Assembly: GCA_951406725.2 (NCBI GenBank)
Contig: OX597815.1
Location: 154,070,001 to 154,134,000, forward strand
Source of the DNA: Octopus vulgaris
Taxonomy: Eukaryota
Direction of reading: 5' to 3'
Length of the DNA stretch: 64,000 nucleotides
Notes under the pieces: model-generated
What the model was told of the DNA's origin: nothing
Seen by the model: only the letters and a program-made list of their open reading frames with translations
Databases searched by the model: none
Position numbers and translations under genes: made by a program
Shown here: positions 1 to 14,709 of the stretch, piece after piece
Layout of the letters: each line of letters opens with the position of its first letter
Numbering within the stretch: the first letter of the stretch is position 1

Positions 1-686
1 ATGATCGGCTGGTGGTCGGAAATAAGGTAAAAGATGACTCGTCCGAGAAAATAACATTCTTCCAATGCTCTAGGGACTAATTCTGTAGGTTTTACTCAAA
101 TCCAAACGCTCTGCAACGTTTGTTTTCGAAAGTAGTGGTTTTCTGATTGCCACCCTCCCGTGGATTACGGCTTTGTGCAGCTCCCGGCAAACGGTTTTTG
201 TAGAAACTGTGTTCTCGAGGTGGTCATTAAGCTCTGCATAAATTTTGGGAGTTGTAATTTTGTGACCCTTACTAACAATTCTCTTAAGAATCCGACGGTC
301 CCCATATGAAAGTTTTGGTTTTCTTACGAAGCTTTGTTTCAACGAGGTGGTTTTTCCCCCTTTTCTCAAAGGCTGTCATTACTTTCTAGACAGTACTTTT
401 TGATACACCAAAAATTTCGACTGTTTCCGTTATTCTGGCGCCTGCCATACCAGCACCAACAATTCGACCTCTTTGAAAGTCCGGTAGATCTGTCATTTTA
501 ATGAATTTTTATTACCTTTCTTCTGATGATATCTGAAAAGAAACAGCAATTTTAGCGAAACATATTAAGTAACACTAATAGTAAATCAAAAATCATAAAC
601 ATAAATAAGCATTTGACGGGTTTATAGTTATTTCAAAATTATGATGCTATGATGCTAGGTGTTTCCATTATTTTGTCCAACCCCTG
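1..686 (-). mobile_element. Tc1-family DNA transposon, 5' part (degraded transposase N-terminus plus left TIR); continues beyond window start
   Basis: ORF 70-369(-) resembles the Tc1/Tc3 HTH region (RPKLS..DRRILKRIV..KITTPKI.AELN...VSTKTVCRELHK..IHGRVAIRKPLLS). Minus strand begins TA|CAGGGGTTGGACAAAATAATGGAAAC at 688-661, a Tc1-type TIR with TA target. Confidence 0.85.
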
Positions 687-916
687 TATAGATATACATA
701 TGTCTGTGTGTGTGTTTGAGTGTCGGTGTGAAAGAATGAGTGTGTGTGTGTGTTAGTATGTGTGTGTGTGTGTATTTTTAGTATACTGCACAAAATCAAT
801 TGCATTAGATCTTCTTGTAACCCATGACCATTTCCTTTAGCGACATACTCTTTCTCAATCTATCTGTCTATCTCTTATTAGCTAGCTCTCTAGCAAGATA
901 TCTACCTCCCTATCTA

Positions 917-953
<37 letters not shown>

Positions 954-3379
954 TATATGTATGCATATATACATACATATATGTACATATTTACATATAT
1001 ATGTATATACATATGCATATGTGGGCACAGGACGTCACAGAAAGTAAACAACATATAATACGAAATACGAAGAAATGGAACATGAACTTTTTCGAACGAA
1101 AGAAACAAAAATGGAAAACAAGACAAGCAACATAGAGAACAACCCTTCATAAGTTGTCGGCTGTTTTTCTATTCCGTATTTCGAGCAATTCTCGACAAGA
1201 TACGCCTTCGACAAAACAGTTACTCCCGCAAGGCAAATTAAATACAATTCGGGATTTTGCGGCGGGTCAAAATTGGTTACAAAACCAGGATAGTGAAAAC
1301 GAACAGGAAAGGCTTCTAAGACTAACGAGTTGAGGTGGCAAACGCGCTGGAACAAGCTTGGACAGGATATATATATATATATATATATCTACCTCTGTAT
1401 CTACCTATATATACATATACATATGCATATATATATATATATAAGCCCAATAGACTCCAACGAAAAATATCCACGTTGCTGCTGTAGGTATTCTCTTACG
1501 CTTCTATGATGAGGCGTAAGTTCATCAGATCTGTGGGAACTATTTAGATGAAGCCTAGAAACGGTTTCATCGAAAGAGGGAAATAAATTGCTTTAATTTA
1601 TCAATGCACTAAAGGAAACAATGAAAATTAACTCAAGATGATATTTACGAGTAAACTTATATAAATTTGTGTTCTTGTTATTTTCCATTTGTGAGTTATT
1701 GTCCATACATATCTTATTAGTTTTCACAAGGCTCTAAATTTCTTGTGAACGAAAATCTCTTGGGTATCGAAAGCCCCTAATTTCAACATTTGTTGTAATA
1801 TCGGACATTTAAATATATTATTTATATTTTCATTCTATAAATCAAGTCTTCTGGGCAAACTCACGCATAAGTATAAGTATATATATAAACAACGTATATA
1901 TATTGAAGATAAAGCTGAGCAGACATAAGAACAAACGAGTTGAGTATCTTAGTTTTCTTTGATTTCCCCCGTGCCACACAAAAATTGATCGAATTACAGC
2001 CTAAGTGGTATTAATATATACCATAGTCAAGCAAAATATCTTTTAATAAAGTTGGTAAAGTACAAGAAGTCCACGTTTGAATTAGAGGCCAATGTAAGCA
2101 GTGAAAAATAATGAGTTGCGTGTGGATAGTAATGTATTCATGGAAAAACAAATGTCATGAATAATAATTAGTTGGTAGAAGCCATAGCCCTATTAAGAAG
2201 AACTGTTGTGTTGAACTAGCTGAGTAAGTGGGACTAAAAGCCAACACTTTATACATATGTATAAAGTGAAATGCAATGGTTTACCGTATGAGGTGCACTA
2301 TAGCAAGTGGTGACTGTTTTAGTTTCTCCCTTATCCAATCTGTATGTTTTCGAGGTAGCTACAAATGAGACAAGTGAAATCGTTATGACTTCTTCACATT
2401 AAGTATGGTGGTGTGAGCTATAAATTGTTACCTCTTTATGAGTTCGTTCAAAACTCCTGTTCACGTGAGTTTCCCGGACTGCTCGATGTTGGCTTAGCTG
2501 GCCAAAACGTTGACGTCATCGGCAGAACTTTTCTTGCTGGAAAATGATATATTTGTACTCTACCAAATATACTGAGTAATCCTTCAATTTAATGTAAAAC
2601 TGTTTTTTACACTCTCTTTACTACATGTTTTATAAATTTCGTGGGGCTGTTCAAAATAATCTTAGTAGGGTTTGTGCCGTAAATTTAAGTTTTTCAATGT
2701 GATAGCTCGTTGTACTCAATGTTGCTTATTCCTATTAGTAATATTTTAATAATATTCCGTGATACACTAGGATACACATCAGTGTAATCCAGAAGCATTA
2801 AGTGACGCTATGAGCAATGTAACGCCGTTTCCCAGCAAAATGGCAGAAAGACTGTTGTAACTTGGCGAACACTGTGCATAGCTGGAAGGGAGATTTTGAA
2901 GGCGATAGATATTTTTCTTATGCGCAAAGTGCAAGGTCTGTAAGTGAGTGGTATCTGTCAGTGCTATAGATATAGCTGTTGTGTAGGTGTATCGGGAAAA
3001 TGAGATTGTTCGTAGAAGGTAAGATTCTGCTTTGTGTGGGTATCAAGTAAACGCCACTTATAGTTAGAACTGTATTAAAAGATCTTGCTTTTAAAGCCGT
3101 CAAGTATAATTTGTTAGAGGTTTCCGAGGAAATGAAAAAGCGCAGATTGGTATTATTAGCTATTTTGTTTTTATTAGATTGTCTTGTTTCCTAAACTCAT
3201 TAAAATATTCATTAATATATCATTATGCATCATTAAAGTATTTCCAGAATTTTTTTTAGCAGAATTGAATCTCTGCATCACCTTTTCAACAAAAGCAGAG
3301 TGTTAACGTACATAGTCGAGAAAAACAGTTACATTTCTATTTCTAGTCATTTATAATCTAACTTTCATTAATCTCTCAT

Positions 3380-4960
3380 TATAGTCTCATAAAGTAGAGA
3401 CACCAGTTTACCGACAAGACTATTTTCCGTGACTAGGTTACAACCCTTCAATCTCCATACAGCTGCGAAATAGGTGGTGCCCAAAGCCGAGAATTTCCGA
3501 TAGGAGATTCGAATGTGAGATACGCTCGAAAATTCTGCTGACGTCTAGGGGACAGCATTACTTTCACTGATAATTTTTTAATGCAATAAGTGACTCACAT
3601 AAGAAAATCATCTGAGTAAATCTGGCTCTAGAGAATCCTAACTGGTGGTGACTGAGATCAGAGATATACTCAAGGTAATGGAGAACTTCATTTTTAATGA
3701 CTGTCTCCATCAGCATATGGAAATTAGGAGTGAGTATAATAGGATAATAGATAGCTGGGTCAGAGAGGTTGCTTTCTGGGGATGGAGCACATTGAATCAA
3801 AGGACTAGAAAATATATCTGTTGAAAAATGAGAAACTGAAGAGATAGGAAAGTATGGGGTTAATTTCTGTAGTGCAATATTTTAGTGATGTTGAACGGAC
3901 GATGATAGAAGCGCTAGTCTTATTGGTTTGAAGTAACCATAAGAATTCCAAAACTTGGCGCATGCGTATGCCGATTGGTGAACTTGGTGTGGTGGAAATA
4001 CCATGCATTTGGAAGAGGTTAGCTAAATTTCAGTTGAATGCAAAAGGAATTGTGAAACTAGAGTTTTCTTCTAAGGGTTGAGAATATTTTTATGGATCTA
4101 TTGTGTAAAGAGGATCCCCTAAAATTAGTGGAAATTATTGTGAAAAAGAACCAAAAAAATCGGCTGCTGTTTGTGAGGCAAAAGAGCTTGAACACCGTGT
4201 GATTAGCGAACGCATCTTTCGTACTCCAGATAGTGAACCTGAAAGTTTGCGCCATCTAGCTTGGCCAAGTGGGTGAGATTCTCTGAGAGTTGTAAACTTT
4301 TCCTAGAACAGTTTCAGTGCAGCTATGAGTGAGTAACATTTGGAATTTGGGATTTTGAGCTTTTGTAGTCAAGGAATATTCCTGAAAAGGATGGTTTCAG
4401 TCATTAACTTAGCTGTCTCGGATGGGTCAGCAATGAGGCAGATGTACCGCCAAGGATAAATGGCTTAAAACTGTGGAGCTCTGGCAAGTTAGCTGATTAA
4501 AAGCTCAATATGATCGATTGAATATTATGCGTCGTGTAATAAGTGATTATGTGTTGGGTGCGAGGACAGTTACGGTTTGGTAGAGGTTAGGTTTATGTTT
4601 CATGAACAGAATGAAAAGAGTTCGGGGTTTCTATCTGTCGATCTGGAATGCAAATATTCGATGCAACAAGTTGATGTAGAAAGCTAGCAGTTTTTTAAAA
4701 ATTCGATTTCGGGATCGGCACCCTTAGTGTGGGATGACTGTAAAAGCCACGTGTAATTCTGAGCTCTGAGGTTAACGATAACTAGGAATTTGAGAGAAAA
4801 ATGATGCAAGATGAAGTGAGAGGTATGGTTGGAGATTATGTTGGGACAATAAGGTAAGTCCTGATCGACGTTTTTCTCAGAAAAGCAAAGCATTCCATCC
4901 ACTTCGTGTTTTAACGGCTGTGCAAGCACGTTACACGGATCGAACGCTTCTCTCATGTCA
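3380..4960 (-). mobile_element. Highly degraded LINE (Jockey/CR1-like) RT remnant
   Basis: ORF 3564-3800(-) SDPAIYYPIILTP...METVIKNEVLHYLE...LSHHQLGFSRARFT resembles the P.NYRPISLT...Q.GFR..RST start of LINE RT. Boundaries approximate. Confidence 0.55.
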
Positions 4961-5310
4961 CATAAACTGATATCTCCGCATTACATATGTCTTGTACATG
5001 ATGTCCTCATCCACAAGTCTTTTGATGGTGCCATTTTCAGCAATTTACTGAATTTGCTGACGTATATCCTGTGACAGGAGCCTTCCCACTGTATGATGAC
5101 ATTCGGTAGTCAATACCTGAGGACGAACTTTGAATAGCGTTCTATAAGTTTTTTTTTATATAGATTTTAAAGAAGTATATATAGTTGAAATTTAAAGAAT
5201 AACAAAAGACGAAGACAGGTGTATAAACAACAAACAGGTGTATTAGTTTAATCCTCGGGAAGGTGAGAAAGTCTTTTATGTTTGCAACCCCAGTCAGCAC
5301 AAAACAACAT

Positions 5311-5353
5311 CTGTGTATTGCGATTTCTGGGTCATTTCTCTTCATCAGTACAG
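5311..5353 (-). ncRNA. Degenerate type I hammerhead motif in a PLE-like repeat (copy A)
   Basis: Minus strand: CTGTA CTGATGA AGAGAAATGACCCA GAAA TCGCAA TA CACAG. Helix II weak. Confidence 0.5.
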
Positions 5354-5657
5354 CATAACTGTTCGACTAGGGATGGCGCTGCTAAATTCTTATTCGAAAT
5401 ATATATTTTTAATAGTGACACACAGTGACTGATGGAAAAAAAATACTATTCATTAATCACTCAACGAGAGACATTCAGTAACAACACTCTAAAGTTAGTA
5501 TCATTTACCAACATAACGTGGTGTCCTGGTTAGGAGGAATGTTATTGCTATTTAGCCCCAGGAAACATCGTCCCCACCTGGGTATACGGCACGCTATCTG
5601 TGTCCTTACATTTTCAAATGAGGGAGTTCAGCATCCCAACTCAGCGCAGAACAATAT

Positions 5658-5700
5658 TTGTGTATTCCAATTTCTGGGTTATTTCTCTTCATCAGCAAAG
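5658..5700 (-). ncRNA. Degenerate type I hammerhead motif in a PLE-like repeat (copy B)
   Basis: Minus strand: CTTTG CTGATGA AGAGAAATAACCCA GAAA TTGGAA TA CACAA. Consensus with copy A gives palindromic helix III ATTGCAAT and helix I CTGTG/CACAG. Confidence 0.5.
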
Positions 5701-6642
5701 AAGAACTGTTCGGCTAGAGGTGGCGCTGCTAAGTTCGAGGGAATCTTGTGTAACTGGTGAAACATTCTTTCAGGTGTTAGATTTCTTTTGAGTATTAATT
5801 TATGAATCCTGTTATCGGTCATACTACTTTGCGTCGTTATTTTTATTACATATATACATCTTACACATTATATATATATTTTAAATATTTCCAGACATAC
5901 GTGTTTAGCATTTAACTATAATGTCCTCATCTCTTGGGTTTCAGTTTTTGCTTCCCAATCTCAAGACATATAAGTAGCTAACCCATAGATTTAAAAACAA
6001 TTATCTCACTATCATATCAGCAGAAGCCATGTTAAAGGAAATAATTTACGCTCTAACGGCAGAAAATAATAACTAATAAATGAAAACGTTCTAAATATCC
6101 TTAGCGAGAATAGCATATAGTAATTAATCCCTCCTTTCCGTACTATTTTATATGTATCTTATATCGTATCTAGTAAACAAAGCTGTTGTTGGTTACAGTC
6201 CACTCATTTATTCATGGTGACTTGTTCAATATAGCAACTGTGCCGAAGTGATGCGTGATTTCATTTGAATGCAGAATTCTCGTCGAAAGGCATACACTTA
6301 CGGACATACAGATGTGATAGACTTCTGTTGGATTCGATGATGAGTATCTCGGTGGTTGTGCGATCAGCCGAACTATCTAATAACTGAATTATTGTGTAAT
6401 CGACGCAGTGAGTATTCCACGGGCATTTTTATTTCTGCGTAATTCTTTAGTGGGATCAGCCTGACAGAATGCGTGACCCTTTGAATTAGCTGTATATTCC
6501 AACAATATATATATATATATTTAAAATTTCTAAGTTTAAATTATTTTAAATTTTTAACTTTTATATTTTAAAATTAATTTTATGTATTGGCTTATGTTTT
6601 TCACTGTTTGATTTGCCTAATAGTGGTTTTATCTCTAATTTA

Positions 6643-6694
<52 letters not shown>

Positions 6695-6698
6695 GTAC

Positions 6699-6799
<101 letters not shown>

Positions 6800-6937
6800 A
6801 CTGAGGGGTTCGGTTCACCAACAAACATTACTAATAATAAATATAACATTTCCAACAATAGTAACGGCAATTATAACAATAAGAAACTATACAAGTGTTT
6901 GAACTGAACTTTATTGAACAACAATATAAACAACACC

Positions 6938-6999
<62 letters not shown>

Positions 7000-9900
7000 C
7001 AACAATAATAATAATTAAAAAATAAAAATAACAAATAAAAAAATTTAAAGGAGGAAAATACATTATGAAAATGTGGTTAGAAGCCACACAGCAATGTCAA
7101 ATAATATAAACACTGAGATAGTAAAAGACGAAGACAGACGTAACATTTCCAACAAAAACAAAGTACACAAAACACAACAACCCAGACCGTAGGGATGTAT
7201 AATAATGAACAAAAAGCACCAAACCAGAACACCACAGACAAACATATGTTTGAGAAGGAAAGCAAAACAAATCTAAAACCTGGAAACAACGAAGGGGAAC
7301 CTAATGATTATGATACTATAAAAATGAGAATAATCAAAGAACTGAAAACCACAGATCTCAGAATGGACCACCGACCATACCTCCCAAAAATCAAAATAGA
7401 CAATAAAAGAACATCAATAATAAATAGCATAAACCTGGCCGTCACGGAACTGATAGCCGCAGAAACAAATGGCAATACCACTGAGCTAAATGACATAATA
7501 TATGTAGCAGCCACTGCAACCACAGATAAAGGTGGATACTCACTCAAACCCATCCAAACAGGAGTACCACCACCCAAACCAACCCTGTGGTTAAATAACA
7601 TCAAAAGTAAAAATACAAAAAAAAAAAGAGAAAAGATCTGTCGATTCTTAATGTAATTAGTAGACAATCAACGCTACTAAGCAACAAGAAGGAAACAAAA
7701 ATACTGTGCAAATACATCACAGAAAAAGATTTACCTGAGATAAAAGAAAAGCTAAAGCAAGATATCCTTGCCAAAGCACCAAGGATCTGCTGGTATGAGA
7801 AACACCAACGTTTCTTTGAACAAAACAAACAGTTCAACTTCAACCCCGAAAAGTTTTACCAAGAACATGGCAAAAATAAAATAGACACCACTGCAGTACC
7901 AACGGCAGAAGAATTGGAAGAATTTTGGAAATATGTTCGGCGAATGAACAACCACAGGAAAGGACTATTAAAACAACAAACTTAGCACCTGAGCAACTCT
8001 GGGCCCCTATAACAACTGAAGAGGTTACCCAGGCACTGCAAAGACTAAGCAACTGGAAGGCACCTGAGCACGACAAGATCCCCAACTTCTGGTTAAAATA
8101 TCCGACAGGCATACACAAAAAGCTGGCTGATAACTTTAACGACATACTAACAGAGCCAGAGACAATATCTGAATGGCTCACGAAAGGGAAAACCATCCTA
8201 ATTCCCAAATCCAATGAAGCGGCAAAACCATAAAACTACAGACCTATAACCTGTATCCCTACAATGTACAAAGCCTTTACTGCAGTAATATCGCAAAGAT
8301 TGAACAAGCATCTGGAAGAAAACAATCTGTTTCCAGAAGAACAGAAGGGATGCTGCAAGGGCTCATATGGTTGTAAAGATCAACTAATGATCAATAAAGC
8401 CATAACTGAAGACAGCCGCAGAAAGAAAAAAGGCCTCAGTATGGCCTGGATCGACTACCGAAAGGCTTTTGATAGCATTCCTCATACGTGGATCATCGAG
8501 ACACTAGCCATTAACAAGGTAACACCAATAATTATAAAATACATATGACACTATGAATAAATGGCAGACAGTGCTACAGGTCCAAACAAAAGAAGGACTC
8601 GTGAAAACCAAAGCCATCCCCATTAGAAGAGGAATATTCCAGGGAGATAGGCTCTCTCCACTCCTTTTCTGCTTGGCACTGACACCTCTATCTGATATGC
8701 TAAATAGAACTGGATGAGAATACAAATGTTACGGCAAAACAAGTAGCCACCTTTTATGCATGGATGACCTAAAACTATACGCTACAAATGACAAACAGCT
8801 GGAAACACTACTACAGATAGTATATGAATTTACCAAAGAAATAGCTATAAAATTTGGATTAGAAAAATGTGCCAAAGCAAACTTGAAAAGAGGAAAATTA
8901 GTTAAGAGTAGCAACATCACACAAGATAAAGCCAATGAAATAAGAGAATTAGACCAAAGCCAAGCATACAAATATTTAGGAATCCATTAACTAGATATGA
9001 TACAACACACACAAATGAAAGAGAAAATAATGAAAGAATACTATAGACGAGTTAGATCAATACTAAAAACAGAGCTCAATGCTAAAAACAAGTTAATAGG
9101 TATTAGCACTTTAGCCGTCCCAGTTATAAGTTACAGCTACAATATCCTAAACTGGACACTAAATGAACTAACCAAAATAGACAGGAAAACAAGAAAAATA
9201 ATGACTGGATCTAGGATGCAGCACCCAAAATCTGACATAAAAAGGCTATATATACAACGAATAGAAGGTGGTAGAGGTCTTATACAGCTGGAAAACTATT
9301 ATAAAATAACCACCATAGGACTGCAAAAATACCTACTCCAGAAGGAAGGAAAACTGATACAAATAGCGCAAAACACGAGCAAAACAAAAAACTGTTCTCA
9401 GTATTTAAGGAAGCTGACAAATACAAACAAGAAATCATACTACCTAACAAATATGAAGAAGAAGAAGAAGAAGAAGAAGAAGAAGAAGAAGAATAAGTAT
9501 AAGAAGAAGAAGAAGAAAAAACAAAAGTTATAAAATAAATGAAATCCAAACTAAACTAGAACAGCAACGGACCATGATAAACTGATGGCAAGAAAAGCCC
9601 CTTCTTGGCAAATACTGGACTAAACTAAATGCAAAAGAAATAGACAAAGAAAAATCTCAGCAATGGTTGAGAAGCTTAGGACCCTAAGCAGAGACAGAAG
9701 GATTTTTAATTGCAGCACATGACCAAATCCTCCCCACTAGAAATTACCAAAAACCTATAATGAAAAGAAACATAACAAGTAACTTCAGGAATATGTGGAG
9801 ATGGACAAAAAACAATAAATCGTATTATCTCTGGTTGCTCAGCCCTGGCTAAGAAAGAATATATTCATAGACATGAAAGGAGTTGGGACCTACATACACT

Positions 9901-10450
9901 GGAAGCCATGCCAACACTATGGTATAACAACAGAAAAAATTATGGCATAGACACACCAGAAAAGGTCACAGAAAACGAGAAAGCAACCATACTCTGGGTT
10001 ATGCCAATACACAGAATGAGAAATTAAAGTCAATAGGCCAGATATAGTTGTCAGAGATCATGAAGAAAAAAAAGCTTTCTAATTGATGTATCAATACCAG
10101 CAGATGACAACGTGTCTCTTAAAGAAATGGAGAAAATTTCAAAATACAAAGACCTGGAAATAGAGGTAAATCGTATGTGGAATCTAAAAACAGAAACAAT
10201 TCCTATCACAGAAGGCGCATTAGGTATTATAGAAAAATATTCAGACAAATACATAACAAATACACAAAGACTTACAAATATATATAACATGCGGAAAATT
10301 GCACTACTGTGCACTGCACACATCCTACGCAAAACACTTTCAATACAGTAACCATCAGAGCATCACAACAAATCATAACACATACCCAAGGTACACAGAG
10401 CTGCGCTCGGTAGTGAAGTGAAAGCACGTTATAAAAATAAAACTACTGAA
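6800..10450 (+). mobile_element. Near full-length R4/Dong-clade non-LTR retrotransposon (RT + restriction-like endonuclease), pseudogenised
   Basis: Successive ORF pieces 7195-10351 contain WKAPEHDKIPNFW, EQKGCCKGSYGCKDQL, AWIDYRKAFDSIPH, GIFQGDRLSPLLFC, MDDLKLYA, GGRGL and RLE motifs RPDIV..LIDVSIP..KEMEKISKYKDL..GALG. Many stops and frameshifts. Ends in (TAA)n at about 10453. Confidence 0.9.
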
Positions 10451-10452
10451 TG

Positions 10453-10503
<51 letters not shown>

Positions 10504-10576
10504 GTAATAATAATACCAATAACAACAACAACAGTAACAATAACAATAATAATAGTGATGATGATAATAATAATGG

Positions 10577-10675
10577 TCCCGTAAACAAGTGTCACTTTAA
10601 TCTGCTGGCTGTGGTCAGCCGACACTTTCGACATCATCTAGCAAAATAAGCTGTGAATTTTCATATGACAACAAT
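10577..10675 (+). mobile_element. Isolated 3' UTR of a second Dong-like family
   Basis: GTAAACAAGTGTCACTTTAATCTGCTGGCTGTGG...AAATAAGCTGTGAATTTTCAT matches 63620-63705, the 3' UTR after the RLE ORF. Flanked by (TAA)n-like repeats. Confidence 0.7.
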
Positions 10676-11071
10676 AAAATAATGATATTTATAATAATAA
10701 TGCATGTTTGGTAATGTTGAATATGTTTGAACAGTTTTATGTATATTTGCAAAGATTTACGTAGTTTAAAGAAAGCATAGATTTTCATATATTTATCACA
10801 TCATGAATAATAAAGATAATATAACATTCTTGCATTAAAAGGAACACAACATAAAAAACAAAATGACAAAAAAAAATTTAACGAAATCAATATGAAACGT
10901 TATCAGAAAAATGCAAAACTTATTTCATCAGATATATAATAGAAATTCAGAATCCATGTGTACAATTCTTTGATGTGAACTAAATTTAATATTTTATTTA
11001 ACCACGTTGACAAAAGAATTAATATCTTAAAGAAACAAATATTTTATAAAATGATGTGTTCTCCTTTATTT

Positions 11072-11142
<71 letters not shown>

Positions 11143-11278
11143 ACGAATGAAGTATTTGTAGGGTTAAATGTAGTCTGAGTTGAAGAAGATAAATGACTAT
11201 TGGTACACAAGCGAAATTCCGAGAAACATCTGCTGTTGCTTTATAGCACCAAGGTAGTACTGGGGGTGCGTGAACAAA

Positions 11279-11370
<92 letters not shown>

Positions 11371-12953
11371 GATATATACACACATGAGGATAAGCATATT
11401 AAAAGGAGTCCGTGGGAAAACTCATTTAAATAAAAGTGTTAGGAACCATTGCCTTAGATTAGAGTGGTTTAGTAATGTTTCAACTTCCAAATTCACTTTA
11501 GAATTCTGGAACGGGATACATTAATGTTTTAGAATTATATGTTTCAGAATTATGTTTATTAAGGGATTTAGCGTTAGATATGAAGGTAACTTATGTAACT
11601 TTCGCTGGATGTTATTCGATTTTTAATCGTCTTATTATATTGGCGTGCACTCAAATATGTTTTATAAAATTAGGTACCAGAGCTAGAAACACACTGTGTT
11701 AATCATCTATAATATTGTCTTAAAAAATAAAGCGTTTGCTCCCAGTTAATAAAGGTATTTCATGTGCAGATTAGTGTGAACAGGTTTAACCTTAATATAG
11801 AATAATTAGCGAAATAGATAGACTACTATTTACCAAAGAGACCGAATTAAGGCAGACTAGTACAAAGAAAGATACAATAATTGGTAGATAGATTTATAAG
11901 CAAAGGAAGCTATAAGATGTCGTACTGTCTCTTAACACTCGGTATAGAGTTCTTGATAGAATAAGTGATCGCCTAACACCGACTCTTTTGTCATTTATCT
12001 ATTACGCTGTTTACCGACTTTCTGGTGTATATAAGGGGCTGGAGCAATTCACGATTCCTTAGTGCCGGACTTCTAACTATTGGTTATTAGTACGGTTAAG
12101 TGTAAACGGAATAACAAAGTTGATACATAGATTGTTATTTAGTGAATATCTAGGCATAGAATGAATGTGAAATTTATGAATTTTCCATTCATGTCTTGAT
12201 AAAAACACGTATCCTAATGGAATATACTTGTGATAATAAGAATTCATTTTTCGGGAAGGGCTATGTGCGAGAGAAATAGAATGACGAAAAGATAGATAAA
12301 TAGGTGGGAAAATATGCTGTATGATATGCATATAGATAGTGACAAATAAACGCATATGTCGATGGATAGATGACGTCATAATGTATGCATGTATGTATGT
12401 ATGTTATGTATGTATGTGTGTGTGTATGTATGTATGGAGATTGGTTTGTAGTGTGGAAGCTTTTGTGTGCTTCTCCACTTGCGTTTACAATGTTTTCATA
12501 GCACGTTAGTTGATCGAATAGACAGAACGCAGACGGTTGTGTGTGTGTGTGTGTGAGTGTGTGTTCATGCGTGTGTGAGAAAGAGAGAGAGAGTAAGAGA
12601 GATACAGAAAAAGAGATAAGAAAGAGAGAGAGAGAAACACACAAATAAGGTGACAGAGAGAAAAGAAGTGAGAGTGAGAGGACGAAACAGACACGCAGAT
12701 GCAACTGTTTTTCGTGTTGCACGCTCAGTTGCACGCACACACAAAAGAATCAAAGACTTTCTAGCTGTGACCGTCTCGACGTAAGAAGTAGATATGCATG
12801 GTTAAATGAACATTTGTGATTTTTTCCAATATCGCAGTCAATGTTTTGATGAGAACACTTGACCTGATCGGGCAGGCGTAAGAAGATACATACCCCAGCA
12901 ATGAGGATATTTTTTGTTGGGGACTATACGTACACGTATATATATATATATAT

Positions 12954-13015
<62 letters not shown>

Positions 13016-13025
13016 AGAGAGAGAG

Positions 13026-13070
<45 letters not shown>

Positions 13071-13354
13071 CAGAGGTAGATATTTAGCTAGGAACGTAGT
13101 TAATTAGTGATGGTCAGAAAGAGTGACAAAAATATATGAAGAGGCACGAGATAGATCGAATGTGATTGGAGGAAATGGAGATGGGTTACAAGAAGTTCTG
13201 ATGCAATTGTTTTCGTGCAGCACACACAAACACGCACACAAACGTAGTTGTGTTTATTTGTGAGTGTGTGTGTGTACGGGTATATACATACATACGTACA
13301 TACGTACATACGTATATACATGCATACATACATACATATACATATATATATGGG

Positions 13355-13563
13355 TCACAGCGTAATGTTTTCTTATGTTGATAAGCCTGGTACTTATTCT
13401 ATTAGTTTCTTCTCGAGAAACCAGTAAGTTATGGGAGTGTAAATAAACGAACAGCAGTTGTGAAGCAGTGATGAGGGTGAAACACAGAAACAAAGTCACA
13501 CACATAAACTTAAATATATACATACATATATATACGATTGATTTAAGTCTCCCTCTACGAAAT

Positions 13564-13620
<57 letters not shown>

Positions 13621-14005
13621 AGTATACACTCACACACACACGAAGATAAAGTATGTGGGCAAACAAAAATATGAGATACTGCCTAGTGGATTTTTTTTTA
13701 TTTTGATAAGCCTGGTACTTATTCTATGAGTTTCTTCTTGTGAAACCAGTAAGTTATGGGGATGTAAATAAACGAAGAGCAGTTGCGAGGCAGTGATGAG
13801 GGTGAAACACAAAGACATGCACACAGACTTACATATATACATACACATATATACGATTGATTTCTTTCAGTTTCTGTCTACAAAATCCACTGATTGGTCT
13901 GAGGCTATAGCAGAAGACACATGCCAAGTCACCACACAGTGGGACTGAACCCAGGACCATGTATTTTGGATCGAAGTTTGTTACCAAACAGCCACACCTG
14001 CACCT
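13355..14005 (-). mobile_element. Two adjacent fragments of the abundant tRNA-derived SINE (family A)
   Basis: Reverse-complement similarity to 26865-27350 (aagcctggtacttattctat, aagttatggg..gtaaataaac, gggactgaaccc). Confidence 0.7.
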
Positions 14006-14604
14006 ATGTAGGTGTGTGTGTGTATGGGTGTATACATGTATGCATGTATATATGTGAATATATATGTGTATATATTACATGTACATCTATATATATATAT
14101 ATATAAATCTACACATATATATGTATACATATACATCTATATGTATAGAAATAAATGTATACATATACAGCTATACACACTCACACACACACATACATAG
14201 GTTCAGGTGTGGCTGTGTGGTAATAAACTTCGTTCCAAAACACATGATCCTGGGTTTAAATTTAAATTTAAAATAATAAGGGTGAGAAATTGAATATAAA
14301 TTTGATTAAAATGAATTGAAAACCAGTGGTGTAGCATATAAGACCATAACGCATCTTCTAGCAAAATGGATGTCCACTGTTAATGGTTCATCCCTCTTAT
14401 ATAATAGTTTGACTTTAATAGTTTCAGTATTAAAGTGAAAGTATCTGACATTACAATAGAGGGATATTTTTGTTTCACTTTTAATACGTAATACTGAAAT
14501 AATGGAGAATATATGATATCGCTGTAGGCTCGCCCTAGGCAAGAAGTTAGAAATTCTTTTGCCCATGACGCTACATGTGTAAAATTTGAATGAAACATTC
14601 TCAG

Positions 14605-14709
<105 letters not shown>

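Noticed and set aside
1900-2640. Possible additional Penelope remnant with decayed HHR near 2490-2515
   Set aside because: Too degenerate to support by eye.
10890-10935. Minus-strand CTGATGA...GATAACGTTTCATAT
   Set aside because: No helix II and altered GAAA in AT-rich DNA; compatible with chance.
12365-12790. CRE palindrome TGACGTCA and possible first exon with GTAAGA donor
   Set aside because: Single short motifs within microsatellite-rich DNA; no supporting gene.
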